Of a stretch of 64,000 nt of DNA, positions 25,685 through 38,266 are shown piece after piece. The notes below the pieces were generated by a model. It ran no database searches. It was not told the origin of the DNA and saw only the letters and a program-made list of their open reading frames with translations. Numbering within the stretch: position 1 is the stretch's first letter; each line of letters starts with the position of its first letter. A program made the position numbers and the translations under genes. The stretch comes from Octopus sinensis (Eukaryota). The DNA is taken from assembly GCF_006345805.1 (NCBI RefSeq), contig NC_043005.1:85622001-85686000 (forward strand), given 5' to 3'.

Positions 25685-25756
25685 CGCCCGTGGGGGAATC
25701 GAACACCGGTCTCCTGCGTGACAAGAGGGGGATGCTTACCTCTTTAATACAAAGGA
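25685..25756 (-). pseudogene. tRNA-Asp(GTC) pseudogene
   Basis: The minus strand TCCTTTGTATTAAAGAGGTAAGCATCCCCCTCTTGTCACGCAGGAGACCGGTGTTCGATTCCCCCACGGGCG aligns end to end with eukaryotic tRNA-Asp (TCCTCGTTAGTATAGTGG..GTC..GTTCGATTCCCCGACGGGGAG). The acceptor and D stems are disrupted. Confidence 0.85.
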
Positions 25757-25807
25757 CTGGCTTGTGCCGCCTTAGTAATTTTGACAATAATAATGCTTCA
25801 AATAAGA

Positions 25808-26730
25808 CGGCGAGCTGGCAGAAACGTTAGCACGCTGGGCGAAATGCTTAGTGGTATTTTGTTTGTGTTCACGCTCTGGGTTCAAATTCCGCCAAGGTCG
25901 ACTTTGCCTTCCATCCTTTTTGAGGTCGATATATTAAGTACAAGTTGCGTACTGGGGTCGATCTAATCCTTTTGGCGTCGATAAATTAAGTACCAGTTAC
26001 GCACTGGGGTCGATATAGTTGACTTAATCCGTTTGTCTGTCCTCGTTTGTCCCCTCAATGTTTAGCCCCTTGTGGGCAATAAAGAAATAAGAAACGTTAG
26101 CACGCTGGGCGAAATGCTTAGTGGAATTTACGTTCTGAGTTCAAATTCCGCTGAGGTCGACTTTACCTTTCATCCTTTTGGGGGTCGATGTATTAAGTAC
26201 TAGTTGCGTACTAGGGTCGATCTAATAGACTGGCCCCTCCCCCAAAATTTCGGGCCTTGTGCCTAGAGTAGAAAAGAATAATGGCTGCAAATTTTGGTGC
26301 AGGTCTGATAGTTTTGTGGAAAGGGGCAAGTGGAGTATATCGATTCTGGTACACCACTGGTACTTATTTGTATCGACTCTGAACGAATGAAAGGACAACC
26401 ATTGACCTCGGCGGAATTTGCACTCTAACACAAAATCGGAAGAAAATACCGCTAACGATTTTACCAGCCCACCGCTTTACCACCACCACCACCATCACCA
26501 CCACCACCATCACCACCACTACTACTACTAATCCTTTCTACAATAGGCACAAGGCCTAGATTCTGGTTGGGCGGGGCAATGTTTCACATTTACCCCAGTA
26601 CTTGACTGGTACTTACTTTAACGAACCCAAAAAGATGAAAGGCAAAATCGACCTCGGCGGAATTTGAACTCAGAACGTTGCGGCAAAGCATTTTTCCCGG
26701 CGTGTTAACGATTCTGCCAGCTCACCGCCT
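25808..26730. mobile_element. cluster of SINE A copies in both orientations
   Basis: A + strand multimer at 25808-26278, then - strand old copies at ~26285-26470 and ~26545-26730. Confidence 0.8.
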
Positions 26731-26747
26731 TAATTAAAATAATAATA

Positions 26748-27233
26748 GATACGACCATAAAACCGAAGGCATCATCGAAAATGATAATGCAAAGATCCTA
26801 TGGGATCTTATAATTCAGTGCAAACATGAGATAGAGAATAGGAAGACAGACATAGTGTTAATTGAGAAAGAGAGCAAACTATGCTAGATCATAGATATAG
26901 CATGCTCAGCTGACAACAAGGTATGCGATAAGGAAGAAAGAAAAGTCGAGAGATATGACAGTTTGGGAGGTTAAGCAGTTGTGGTCGATGGAAAAGGTAG
27001 TAGTAGTAGCAATAATTGTCAGAGCCCTTGGAACAGTGAGCAAAAATCTCGAGAAGTACGTGGAACAAATAGGGGCTGCAATAAGGGTGGAGCACTTGCA
27101 GAAAAACAGCACTGCTTGGAACCACTCGAATACTCCGAAAGGTGCTCGAAAAATAAGAGGTGTTACCTTAGTTCACTGGTAGTGAAAAGCTGACACCGTA
27201 GTACATCTCCAGCGTTAGAAGCTGTGCAAAGGC
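26748..27233 (+). mobile_element. second 5'-truncated R4/Dong-clade copy with (TGA/TAA)n tail
   Basis: YDHKPEGIIENDNAKILWD..RKTDIVLIEKE..; the same 3' UTR as 22379-22456; trinucleotide tail at 27234-27380. Confidence 0.9.
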
Positions 27234-27245
27234 AATGATGATGAT

Positions 27246-27316
<71 letters not shown>

Positions 27317-27330
27317 TAATAATAATAATG

Positions 27331-27361
<31 letters not shown>

Positions 27362-27380
27362 TGATGATAACAATCATAAT

Positions 27381-27938
27381 AAATTCCCTGGTGCAGTACC
27401 AGGCAGAGTCTCGCATTGTTTTTGATTTTAACTGATTGAAAGTGTTATCATGTCCGTTGTTTAGTCTTGGTATAAAAGATGGGCAACAACAAATATTCTG
27501 CTTAATACCACAGATTTGTTTGTCAGTTGTTTGACCATAACCAGTTGACCATGTCCCTTAGTGGCTGATGATATGTGGATCTCTGATCTTGATCTGAAGT
27601 GGTTGGGGAGCATCATAGCCATGTGTTGAGAGGGATTCTCTGGGGTTTGAATAATTCACTTCTATAAACAGGTGTTTTGTTCATCATCCTTAAAAAAGAC
27701 CTTATCCTGGGACCTTTTGACTGGGATGGGCTTCTTGACCTGAAGAAAATTCTAACTGGGCCCCACCTGCAAGGTCATGCACTGTTTATCTTGATATGAG
27801 ATCACTATGTCAGGCTCATATGGTTGTGAGGCATGTGCCTGGTGGACCATTATCAGACGGGTTGTCATGATGGGTATGCTGGGATTCGTATATTTGTACC
27901 CCAGTGTCACTTTGATGGCATGCACTGCTCTCTCACTG
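27381..27938 (+). mobile_element. older full-length copy of the ~555-bp element
   Basis: Reverse complement of 16570-17127 with more mismatches; it sits in the tail of the R4 copy. Confidence 0.8.
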
Positions 27939-28194
27939 AGTAATGATAACAACACAACAACAACAACAACAATAACAACAACGTAATAAGACTGGGTGTA
28001 TATGTCATTGCTTTGATTCACGATTGCCCCGTTTACAAAACGATTTCTTTGCATTATCATTATCATTCTGCTTTTTGAAACAATGTGAAATTTTCAGGAA
28101 TAAGTTTTAATTTAGATGACATTAAAACAAGTGGTTTGTGGAAAATTATTATTTAAAAATTTCATAACGAGAGATATTCAGCAACAGTACTTTG

Positions 28195-28393
28195 GAGTAA
28201 AGATTTTTGTCAACATAACGTTGGCAGTCCTAGTTTAGGACGAATGTTGTTGTAATTTAGCCCCAGGAGACATCGTCTCCAGCTGGCTATACGACATGAT
28301 CTGTGTCCTTATATATATATATATATATATATTTAACAGCAGCATTCGTCCTGAGCCAGGACTGCCATTTTATGGTGGCAAAAATCTTTACTG
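28195..28393. mobile_element. MITE with ~60-bp inverted arms
   Basis: The left arm AGTAAAGATTTTTGTCAACATAA..GGCAGTCCTAGTTTAGGACGAATGTTG mirrors the right arm CAGCATTCGTCCTGAGCCAGGACTGCCA..TTATGGTGGCAAAAATCTTTACTG. Confidence 0.7.
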
Positions 28394-30012
28394 CAAGAAA
28401 TGTGTATCAAATTCAAATCTGGTCCCTGGAAGGTTGGTATAAAATTTTGTAATTGAATTTTTCTGTATTATTTTGGTGAAAAAGAAGGCATTTAACCAGA
28501 ACGGCAAAAACAACAACCTCCCCTTCTGTGCTAGCCTTAAATCAACACAGGTATTTGATATACCTGTGTTGTCCAAAACCATGCCACTGGCCACTCTGAC
28601 TTATTTCTCTTTGCACATTTTTGCTCAAATTATGCAAATTAGCTTGGCTATAAATGTGTTATGCACTATTTCTGTATATCTATGCATCGTGGCTGCTGGA
28701 TATAAGATAAGACAATTATTATGCTGATTACGCCTATTGGCACTGAAGCACCTGGTCATGATGATTCACTTATCTCCCGACAATAATTCTTTTCTTTAGT
28801 GGCATATCAGTTTTGGAGATTACTTGAATCTTGAGATTATCGCCCCTTATCAAGTGGGTATGGTCTTAATTAGCATTTGTTAATTATGATACAACCTCCA
28901 GAAGCGGAGATGATTCCAATAAATCAAGAATTTATATCGTATGGTATTTGATATACCTATATTTGTCTATATGTACAAATATCGTGTGAACTTCTAGAGT
29001 TATTGACTTTTACCAGAGGCAAGTATTATCTGGCATTATAAGTACTTCACCATTGTCCACTGAAGTGTAATAACGTATCACACTAATTTTTTACAGTTAG
29101 ATGAACGGGGATATTGGACATTGGAGAATGTCTTCAGAGAAAGTTACATAACACTTACACAAGTTCTAAGAAATCGAAATATAAAGTGAAACATTTATCC
29201 TTCGGTAAGTAATGTGTGATTTTTCAGAGTTACGTTGTTTACAGTTAGTTGGACTTGGTAACGAAGTGTTAGATTGTTCTGTATGAGGGTTGTATATGGT
29301 GGCGTTTTGTTAGCTTGGTGAGTGGGGGTAGACAGTGGAGTTTTGTTATCCTGGTGAGTAGGGGCCGGGCAGATGAAGTAAGGAAGTCATTGGGAAGAAA
29401 ACGCTGTACTTCAGTAGTGACAAGATATGAGCTTTCAATCCTCCAGCTAAAAGACTGCCACTTAATTAACTTAAACAGCTGTGATTCTCTTTAAATTTTC
29501 AATGTACGAAATAATAGCAGTCTTAACAACCATTTAAAGACAATATCTAAGTGAGAACATTCTAGAGAATATATATAAAGATAAAAAAATGAAAACTAAA
29601 ATATGTGTATAAAAAACAACGTAAAATATGAAGTTATAACACAAAGAAGATTTAAGTGAAGGAGAGGAAGGAGAGGAAGGAGAGGAAGGAGGTTGGGTGA
29701 AGATGTTCACATAGGAAGAAGAAGAAGAAGAATCAGGAGGAGGGAGAAGAGGAAGGGATGGCGTAAAGAGATAGATCGTTGCGACTAGCTGGAGAGCAGA
29801 TGGCGCAGAATTGTTGAAAGATGGATGGAAGCAAAAGAATGGAAAACAAAAACAAGAACAAAAGAGAGAGAGAGAGAGAGAGAAAAAAACGCAGTAAGCA
29901 AACAAAGATATATTAGTAAACCAAGATAAAATAATGTTTGTTCCGTCTATCTTGGCACGTTTTTCGAAAATTATATTTTCTAGGGAAGATAATTCAATTA
30001 ATGAATATGTAT

Positions 30013-30051
<39 letters not shown>

Positions 30052-30341
30052 CACACACACACATACACACACACACACATACATACATACATACATACAT
30101 ACATACATACGTGTGCGCGCACGTACACAAACGCACACACTTAAATTCTCGCATGCACAACACAAGAGACAAAGTAGATATAAAGACACACACATACACA
30201 CATATAAGTGTCCATTCTCGTGCATATACAGAATTCCCAACACACACACATTCACACACACACACTCACAATTTTTAACATATTCATCTCCCTCTATATA
30301 TATGTATAATTAATATATATATATATATATATAATATATAT

Positions 30342-30375
<34 letters not shown>

Positions 30376-30496
30376 ATATATATATATATATACATAGTGT
30401 TTACGTACATATATATAAATAGAGATTTTTCATGTATATTCATATATTTATCTATATCTTTATTTTACTATTTGCATATTATATATATAGGAAGAA

Positions 30497-30529
<33 letters not shown>

Positions 30530-30783
30530 ATATATGTATTCATACATATGTATATATATATGTATATGTGTATATGTATATATATATGCATATATATATA
30601 TGCATATATATATATATATGAATATATATGCATATAGGTATATATATATGTATATATAAATATACATACATATATATATATACATACACACACATATATA
30701 CATATATACATACATACATACATATATACATATATACACACATATATACATACACATACATATATATATATATGTCTGTATAC

Positions 30784-30816
<33 letters not shown>

Positions 30817-32436
30817 ATATACACATATATACATACATACATACATACATACATACTACATACATACATACATATATACATACATACATACATACATACA
30901 TAATGTATTGTGTGTAGGTTGGGATGCGTGTCCGGCAATATATTAGCTTTTGTGAATAAGCATCTCCCGGTAAAATCTTAGCGCAAGTACACACGCGCAT
31001 CAAACACACACCACACACACACCACACACACACACACAAATACTTGCACACACATACCCACACAGATTTATAATAAATATGCTTGTATATATGTCATGTA
31101 AAAGTGTGCTTCCAACTTGATGTGTGTTTAATAACTTAAAGTATCTTGTTTTTATATACATTCTTTATAATCATAAATATATACAAAAACACAAACACGC
31201 TGTCTTATTAATGCATACATAGATATATCAATTTGTGTATATAAATGGGTGTGTGTGTGTGTTCATGTGTGCGTGTATGTGTGTATGTTTTTATGTGTAT
31301 GGTGTGTGTGTGCTTGTGTATGCATGCATATAAATATGTTTGTGTAAATCTGCCTGTGAGCGTGTTTGTGTATATATTCTACAGACGGTTTTTTCATATT
31401 TAATTTCACCACAACTAATATTACTGCTACTACATCTACTACTACTGCTACTACTACCAGGTACTTGTTTAGGCACACAATGAAGGGATAAGTCGATATC
31501 TTCGACCCCCTCCACCCATTATTTTACTGGTACTCTGTCCATACCGATCCCGAAAGAATTGAATGGTAAAGCCGGAATCGGCGCAATTTGAGCTGTGAAT
31601 TCTCCAAGTTGGAACAAATGCTGTAAAACAGTTCTTCCGATGTTCTAACGATTCTGCCAGTTTGCCAAATAAACGAAAGAGAACAACTGGAAGAACAAGC
31701 GTGGCTGTATGGCAAGAAGTCCAATTCCATGACACCGAGCGGAACCTCGGAAGTGGTAAGTATCCAAGCGAGGTGCATACCGCAGGCTGTTCTTCCATGT
31801 AGCGTCAACGAGTGTCAACGGGCGACTGACCATCCTGCCAAATTTCCCTTTAAATACTCGTGGTAGGCGCCAGCAGCCAGCACCAGCTAACTGTCACGTG
31901 TTGATTAACTGAAAGTTTACATTGTCACATGGCGGTACACATTAACACATGGGAGATTCGAACACAGTGAAACTCATGGATATAAAGTTAACTGAATGCT
32001 TATTCACTCAAACGATTTAGTCGCGTACAAACAACCTGCTTTAATGTAGGAACGTTTTTTCGTGGTTTGGGGCTTTGACTGCTATTTTTAGCATGTCAGA
32101 AAGCCGCATGCTGGGTTTCTCTCCGTGTATATTTCATACACTATTATATTTGAAAATCTTTATGTTTTCCGACTTTTATTACGCATACTAACCACTGCTA
32201 ACCACTGGTATAAATCATTTAATAATTTTCACCCTTGTACAAACACACACACATATATATACATAAATACGATTGGCTTTTTTCAGTTTCCGTCTACCAA
32301 ATCCACTCACAAGGCTCTGGTCGGCCCGAGGCTATGCTATAGTAGAAAACAATTGCCCTAGCTGCAACACAGTGGAACTGAAACCTGGAACCATGTGGTT
32401 GGGAAGCAAGCTATTTACCACACAGCCATTTCTGCG

Positions 32437-32511
<75 letters not shown>

Positions 32512-33096
32512 GAAAAGGATGGATGGCGTTTGATCATATGATAATATAAATAATATATAAACATATACATATATACATACATATATGTATATACTTACAT
32601 ATATATGTATATGTACATGCATATATGGGTGCAGGACATAAAAAATGTAGACATAGTGAGAAACGAAAACGTAAAAACAAGAATATAGAAAACGAACTTT
32701 TTTTCGAACAACGAATACAAACAGAAAAACGAGAATGCAACATAAAGAACATTCCCTTCATCAGTTGTCCCCTGTTTTATCTACTCCGCGTATCGAAAGG
32801 TAAGGAAAATACGCGACTTCGTTAAAATAGTTCTTCCCGTAAAGCAAATTAAATCAAATTTGGGATGTTTTACGGAGGGTTAAAGTGGTAACAAAAACAG
32901 AACAGAGAGAACTAGACAGTAAAAGCAAACGGTGAGGGATGTTAAACCGAGACGATGTGAAGATTATGAACGCAAGAAAAACGGGCTTTGAGAAGAGACA
33001 GGTAAAAGCACGCCTTGTCTTTAGGAAGAATGTGGAAGAAAGAAATATATTTGGCCTTTCGTCACGTGTCAGCAGCGAGAGAGTCAAGAAGAAAGA

Positions 33097-33134
<38 letters not shown>

Positions 33135-33285
33135 GAACGGTGAAGGGGAGTGGAGAAGAATGGGAAAGGGTGGGAGAGAAAAACAGAAAAGAAGAAGAAC
33201 AAGAGAGGGAGATAGACAGAAAAAATATATATATATATGTACGTATATATATATATGTATATATATATATATGTATATATATATG

Positions 33286-33331
<46 letters not shown>

Positions 33332-33780
33332 ACACACACACACACACATATTTATATATATATATATATGTTGATATAAGAGAAAAAGCCAAAGTCGATA
33401 AAAAGCTACTGTTATAACTCCTTTTAGCGCCTTTGGCGTCACCTCTTAGCATGCTGGAGAAGATTATTTCCTGATCCTTTAATATAATTATATTTATATA
33501 ATACAATTATTAAATTTTAGTATATAATTTACCTTCAAGGCTTTATCTCGTGTCGGCCACTTGATATTATTAACAGGATTTTATCCTTATTTCTATTAAG
33601 AATAAATAAATAATATAATATAAAATAATATAATATAATATAATATAATATAATATAATATATATATATATATATATATACAGTTAATCCAAACATGAAA
33701 GCACAAAAAAACACAACAACGCGAGGACGTGGAACAAATATAGTATTATTGGACGTTTAGGAAAGAAGGAAAGAAGGAGG

Positions 33781-33815
33781 GTTTAACGTTTCGAATGAAG
33801 CTCTTCGTCGGAAAC
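33781..33815 (-). ncRNA. minimal hammerhead-like motif (CCGACGA variant)
   Basis: Minus strand GTTT-CCGACGA-A-GAGC-TTC-ATTC-GAAA-CGTT-AAAC; perfect stem I GTTT/AAAC. Confidence 0.55.
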
Positions 33816-33926
33816 ATAGGAGAAAGAAAGATCCAGAGAAGGGAAGACAGAGGAAAAAAAATCACCAACGGTACACACGCGGTCAAATTTTGAATATACA
33901 TATATATATAATATATATATATATAT

Positions 33927-34270
33927 GCTGCAGAGACCTCATTTGGTCATGACTGACTATGGGATTGCACCTGCACCTAGAAAGTTACCCTCCCAGGCAC
34001 AAGTCCGTTCAAGATTGTTTATGGAAGACCAAAAGTCACCCATGCATACCAGCCTCCCTTCTTCACGCCACCATTGTTATCCAAGGGAAAAACAAAGGCT
34101 GATACAGCGTGGCACCAGTGACATCGCAATTTCTACAGCTGAGTGAACTGGAGCAACGTGAAATAAAGTGTCTTGCTCAAGAACACAACAGCCAGCCCGG
34201 TCCGGGATTCGAGCTCACAAACTCACGATCGTAATCGCGATGCTCTAACCATTGAGCCATGCACCTTCAC
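33927..34270 (-). mobile_element. CORE-like tRNA SINE family C1
   Basis: Head GTGAAGGTGCATGGCTCAATGGTTAGAGC..TCGAATCCCGGACCGGGC, then TTCTTGAGCAAGACACTT; a second copy lies at 41123-41421 (-). Confidence 0.8.
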
Positions 34271-34307
34271 ACACACACACACACACACGCACACACACAT
34301 ATATATA

Positions 34308-34451
34308 TAGTGGCTCTGTGGTAAGTAGCTTGCTTACCAACCACATGCGTGGCTCCTTGAGCGAGTGTCTTCTACTATAGCCACGGGTCGATCAAAGCCT
34401 TGTGAGTGGATTTTGTAGACGGAAACTGAAAGAAGTCCGTCGTATATGTAT

Positions 34452-34500
<49 letters not shown>

Positions 34501-34680
34501 GTGTGTGTGTGTGTTTGTTTGTGTCTGTGTTTGTCTCTCCACCATCACTTGACAACCGATAGCGATAGAATACATACTAGGCTTACAAAGAATAAGTCCT
34601 GGGGTCGATTCGTTCGACTAAAGGCGGTGCTCCAGCATGGCCGCCGTCAAATGACTGAAACAAGTAAAAGAATAAAAGAA
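34308..34680 (+). mobile_element. SINE B with internal (TA)n(TG)n
   Basis: Conserved flanks GGAAACTGAAAGAAG..CGTCG[microsatellite]TTTGTCT..CACCATC..TTGACAACCGA; AAAAGAAT tail. Confidence 0.85.
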
Positions 34681-35822
34681 TATATATATATGTGTGTGTG
34701 TGTTGTCTCCCACCACCACTTGATAACTGGTGTTGTTGTGTTTGCGTCCCCGTAACTTAGAGGTTCGTCAAATGAAACCGTGATAATAAGTACCTGTGTT
34801 TAAAGAAAAAGATATGTCAGTGTTATTGGGGTTGATTTGTTCGACTAAAACCTTTCCAGACGGCGCTTCAGTATGGTCGCAATCCAATGACTGAAGCAAG
34901 TCAAAAAAAAAGAAAAAGAAAAAAACAAAACAAAAACAAAAACGATAAAGATTAATATTTGTATACCCCATTCTGTACAGCACCACCTACCGGAATTATC
35001 TAAATGCATGCCATTAACTGATTTGAGTTATTTCCCTTAACTTATATTTTTTGTTCTAGTCACGCACATATTTTGCACCGAGAACGGAAGCAACGATGAA
35101 ATCAATGATAAACAACACCAGCGCCGCCACTACCACCAGCACCGCAGCCACCACCACTACAACAACAACAGCAATAACAATAACAAAAAACAACAACAAC
35201 AATAACAAAAACAACAACAACAACATTTAATATAATTATAGTAAGAGATTCAAGCTCAGATCTCGAAGTTACTGGATATTAACCAACCATCAAAACAAAC
35301 AAAAACAACCATTTTTCAGAAGATGGTTTCTTTGATCGTTTAACAAAATAATTTTTGTTTCGTTGTCATTTAATTTTTAGTCTTTTTTTTATTTCTCTTT
35401 TCCAAAAGTTTTCAATTGTGATAAACTTGCTTTGTGTTTATTTATATAAATTTTATTCTCTCTCTCCTTATCTGTCCCTTATTCCGTTCTACGCATCGTT
35501 ATCTTATACTTACACCCTCTCTACTTTCACTTCCAATCTACTTAATCATTTCACGTCGTACATTTTCGTTGTCTATATATCGCTGTGGAATCTTCTAGGC
35601 AGTTTCGATACAGAAAAAAGGTTTCCTGTGCTCTCCAATTATCTCTCTACACATGCTTAACAATACTGTGGTTGCTGCTGGTATGTAAACATGTTTTGAA
35701 ACTGCGATAATTTTTTTCTTATTTCTTCAAAATTGAAACGGTTTTGCGCATTAAGCTATGTATATTGCAGTCAAATGGCTGACACGGCAAAACACCTCGC
35801 GATATTTATTGTTGCTGTGCAA

Positions 35823-36850
35823 GGCGGCGAGCTGGCAGAATCGTTAGCACGCCAAGCGAAATGCTTAGCGGCATTTCGTCTGCCGGTACGTTCTGAGTTC
35901 AATTTCCACCGAGGCCGACTTAGTTTTCCATCATTTCGGGGTCGATGAAATAAGGACCAATTACGCACTGGGTTCGATATAATCGACTTAATCCGTTTGT
36001 CTGTCCTTGTTTGTCCTCTCTGTGTTTAGCCCCTTGTAGGTAGTAAAGAAATAGAAATAGGTATTTCATCTGCCGCTACGTTCTGAGTTCAAATTCCGCC
36101 GAGGTCCACTTTGCCTTTCATCCTGTCGGGGTCGATTAAATAAGTACCAGTTACGCACTGGGGTCGATATAATCGACTTAATCCGTTTGTCTGTCCTTGT
36201 TTGTCCTTCTCTGCGTTTAGCACCTTCTGGGTAGTAAAGAAATAGGTATTTCGTCCGTCTTCACATTCTGAGTTCAATTTCCACCGAGGTCGACTTAGTT
36301 TTTTATCATTTCGGGGTCGATAAAATAAGTACCAATTGAGTAATAGGATTGATGTAATCGACCTGTCCCTCCCTCCAAATTTGTTGGCCTCGAGCCAAAG
36401 TTTGCACTTATATGTATTGCAGCGATACAAGGCGGCAATCTAGAGGAATGGTTAGCACGCTGGAGAAGATGCTTACCTATATGTTGTCCCTCTTTTGGTT
36501 CTGAGTTCAAATTTCGCCGAGGTCGACTTTGCCTTTCATCCTTTTCAAGGTCGATAAAATAAGTACCAGTTGCGTATTGGGCATGATCAAATCAACTAAC
36601 TCCTGCCTCAACAGTTCAGGCCTGGTGCCTTTTGTGCAGAAGATTATATTCAAATTACCATAGAGTTTGAGTAGTTAACATTTATTTATATTTCACGTTC
36701 TGAGTTTAAATTCCGCCGCTGTCGATATTGCCTTTCATCTTTTTCAAGCTCAATAAAGTAAGTACCAGTTATACATTGGGGTCGATGAAGTCGACTTACC
36801 CTTTCCCCCAAAACTGCTGCCCTTCTGGCAAAATTTGAAATCGATATTTG
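35823..36850 (+). mobile_element. SINE A trimer followed by two older copies
   Basis: Two young tails (ending ~36058 and ~36244) are each followed by GGTATTTC; the last unit has an old-type tail. Confidence 0.85.
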
Positions 36851-37450
36851 TTTCTATTTCAAAAATGTACAACGCAGTCCCGGCTGTGCAGTAAGAAGCT
36901 TGCTTCCCAACCACATTGTTCCGGGTTCAGTCCCACTGCGTAGCACCTTGGGTAACTGTCTTCTGTTATAGCGTCGGGCCGACCAAAGCCTTGTGAGTGG
37001 ATTTGGTAGTCGGAAGCTGAAAGAAGTAAAATGTAAAAGGTAAGAGCACCTCTCCTTAGATTCTAAACAGTAGACCAAGTCACTTCATGACACACCGAGG
37101 GGAAAGGCCACGGAGATTCCCTTTAACCTGCTAAACCTACCCAACAAGTACTATTCTATATTTTTGGGATGAAGAATAACGTAGATTATTTACAATAGAT
37201 GGAAAGGTGTCCTTTTCTTGTTTTTTGTTATCAGAATGTTTCGGCTCCGGTACTCTCCAGCCTCCATATGCTCACGGCATATAGCGTAGTAGAAAAAAGC
37301 GCGGGCTACTAAACCTCGAATTCTAAGCTCAATCGCAGGCAGGTACTCGAAAAATAATATCAACAGAAAATTAATATCAGCAACATACCTTAGGAATTAG
37401 AACAGTTTACCCCATTAATCAAATAAAGGGTTGGGTTCGAAATTCCGCCG

Positions 37451-37497
37451 AAACACCTGATGAAGGCTGGAGAGTACATCAGCCGAAATGTTGTGAT
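37451..37497 (+). ncRNA. minimal type I hammerhead-like motif (canonical core)
   Basis: CAC-CTGATGA-A-GGCTG(gagagtacat)CAGCC-GAAA-TGTT-GTG; 5-bp stem II, stem I CAC/GTG. Confidence 0.65.
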
Positions 37498-38266
37498 AAC
37501 AATAAACAAGATGAGGACAAATATCCGTCAAATGTAAATAATCTATCCAGTGAATGCTTATCAAGAGTCCATGATATCGTAGTGTAGTGGTAGAAACACT
37601 GAACCAAAGGAGATAAGAACGGCTCTGATCATAGCTCTGCTTGACCAACGTTGAATTGGGGTTTAACAACAACAGCAACAATAACAACAGCACTATTAAT
37701 AACAAGTTGGTACATGATAAAGACAATGGCGCAACGATATGAGAGGCCGATCGATGATACGGATATTTCGATCAGTTGCATTCTTGCCAAAAATTTGCTC
37801 AAGCAGATCGAGCCATTCATAGTTTTGTCAGTTAAATACAATACTTCCTTTTTTTTTATCTCTTTGCTTGTCTCAGTCATTAGACTGTGGCCATACTGGG
37901 GCACCACCTTGAAGAATTTTTAGACGAATAAATTGACCCCTGTACTTATGTTTTGTTGTTAGCCTTGTAATTTTTTTACCAGTGTCTTTAGCCGAACCGC
38001 ATAGTTACGGTGATGTAAATACACCGACACAGGTTGCCTCTTGGGGGGGGGGGGGGCAAACAAACACACACACACACACACACACACAAGCACGCACGCA
38101 CGCACGTATGATAGGCTTCTTTCAGTTACCATTTACCAAATTTACTCACAAGACTGGTCGGCTCGAGGCTGAAGTAGAAGACACTTGCCCAAGGTGCCAC
38201 GCATAGGGACTGAACTTCTTACCACACAGTCACACCTACGGCTGATTACACCGGTAGCATAGTGCC

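Noticed and set aside
28400-28760. Unique sequence with short ORFs on both strands
   Set aside because: No convincing RT, transposase or host-protein motif could be read.
32745-32800. CTGA(T/A)GAAGGG motif family (also ~6390 and ~63960) as a hammerhead
   Set aside because: GAAAC lies upstream with no UH or stems in the required order; it is probably a PLE-type repeat end but no ribozyme fold is supportable.
35823-36850. Repeated ~200-bp units resembling a CRISPR or repeat-spacer array
   Set aside because: The units are tRNA-derived SINE copies with no short constant repeat and unique spacers, and the context is eukaryotic.
37235-37342. Exon after a strong acceptor at 37234
   Set aside because: Stops in all three frames and a weak donor (GTACTC).
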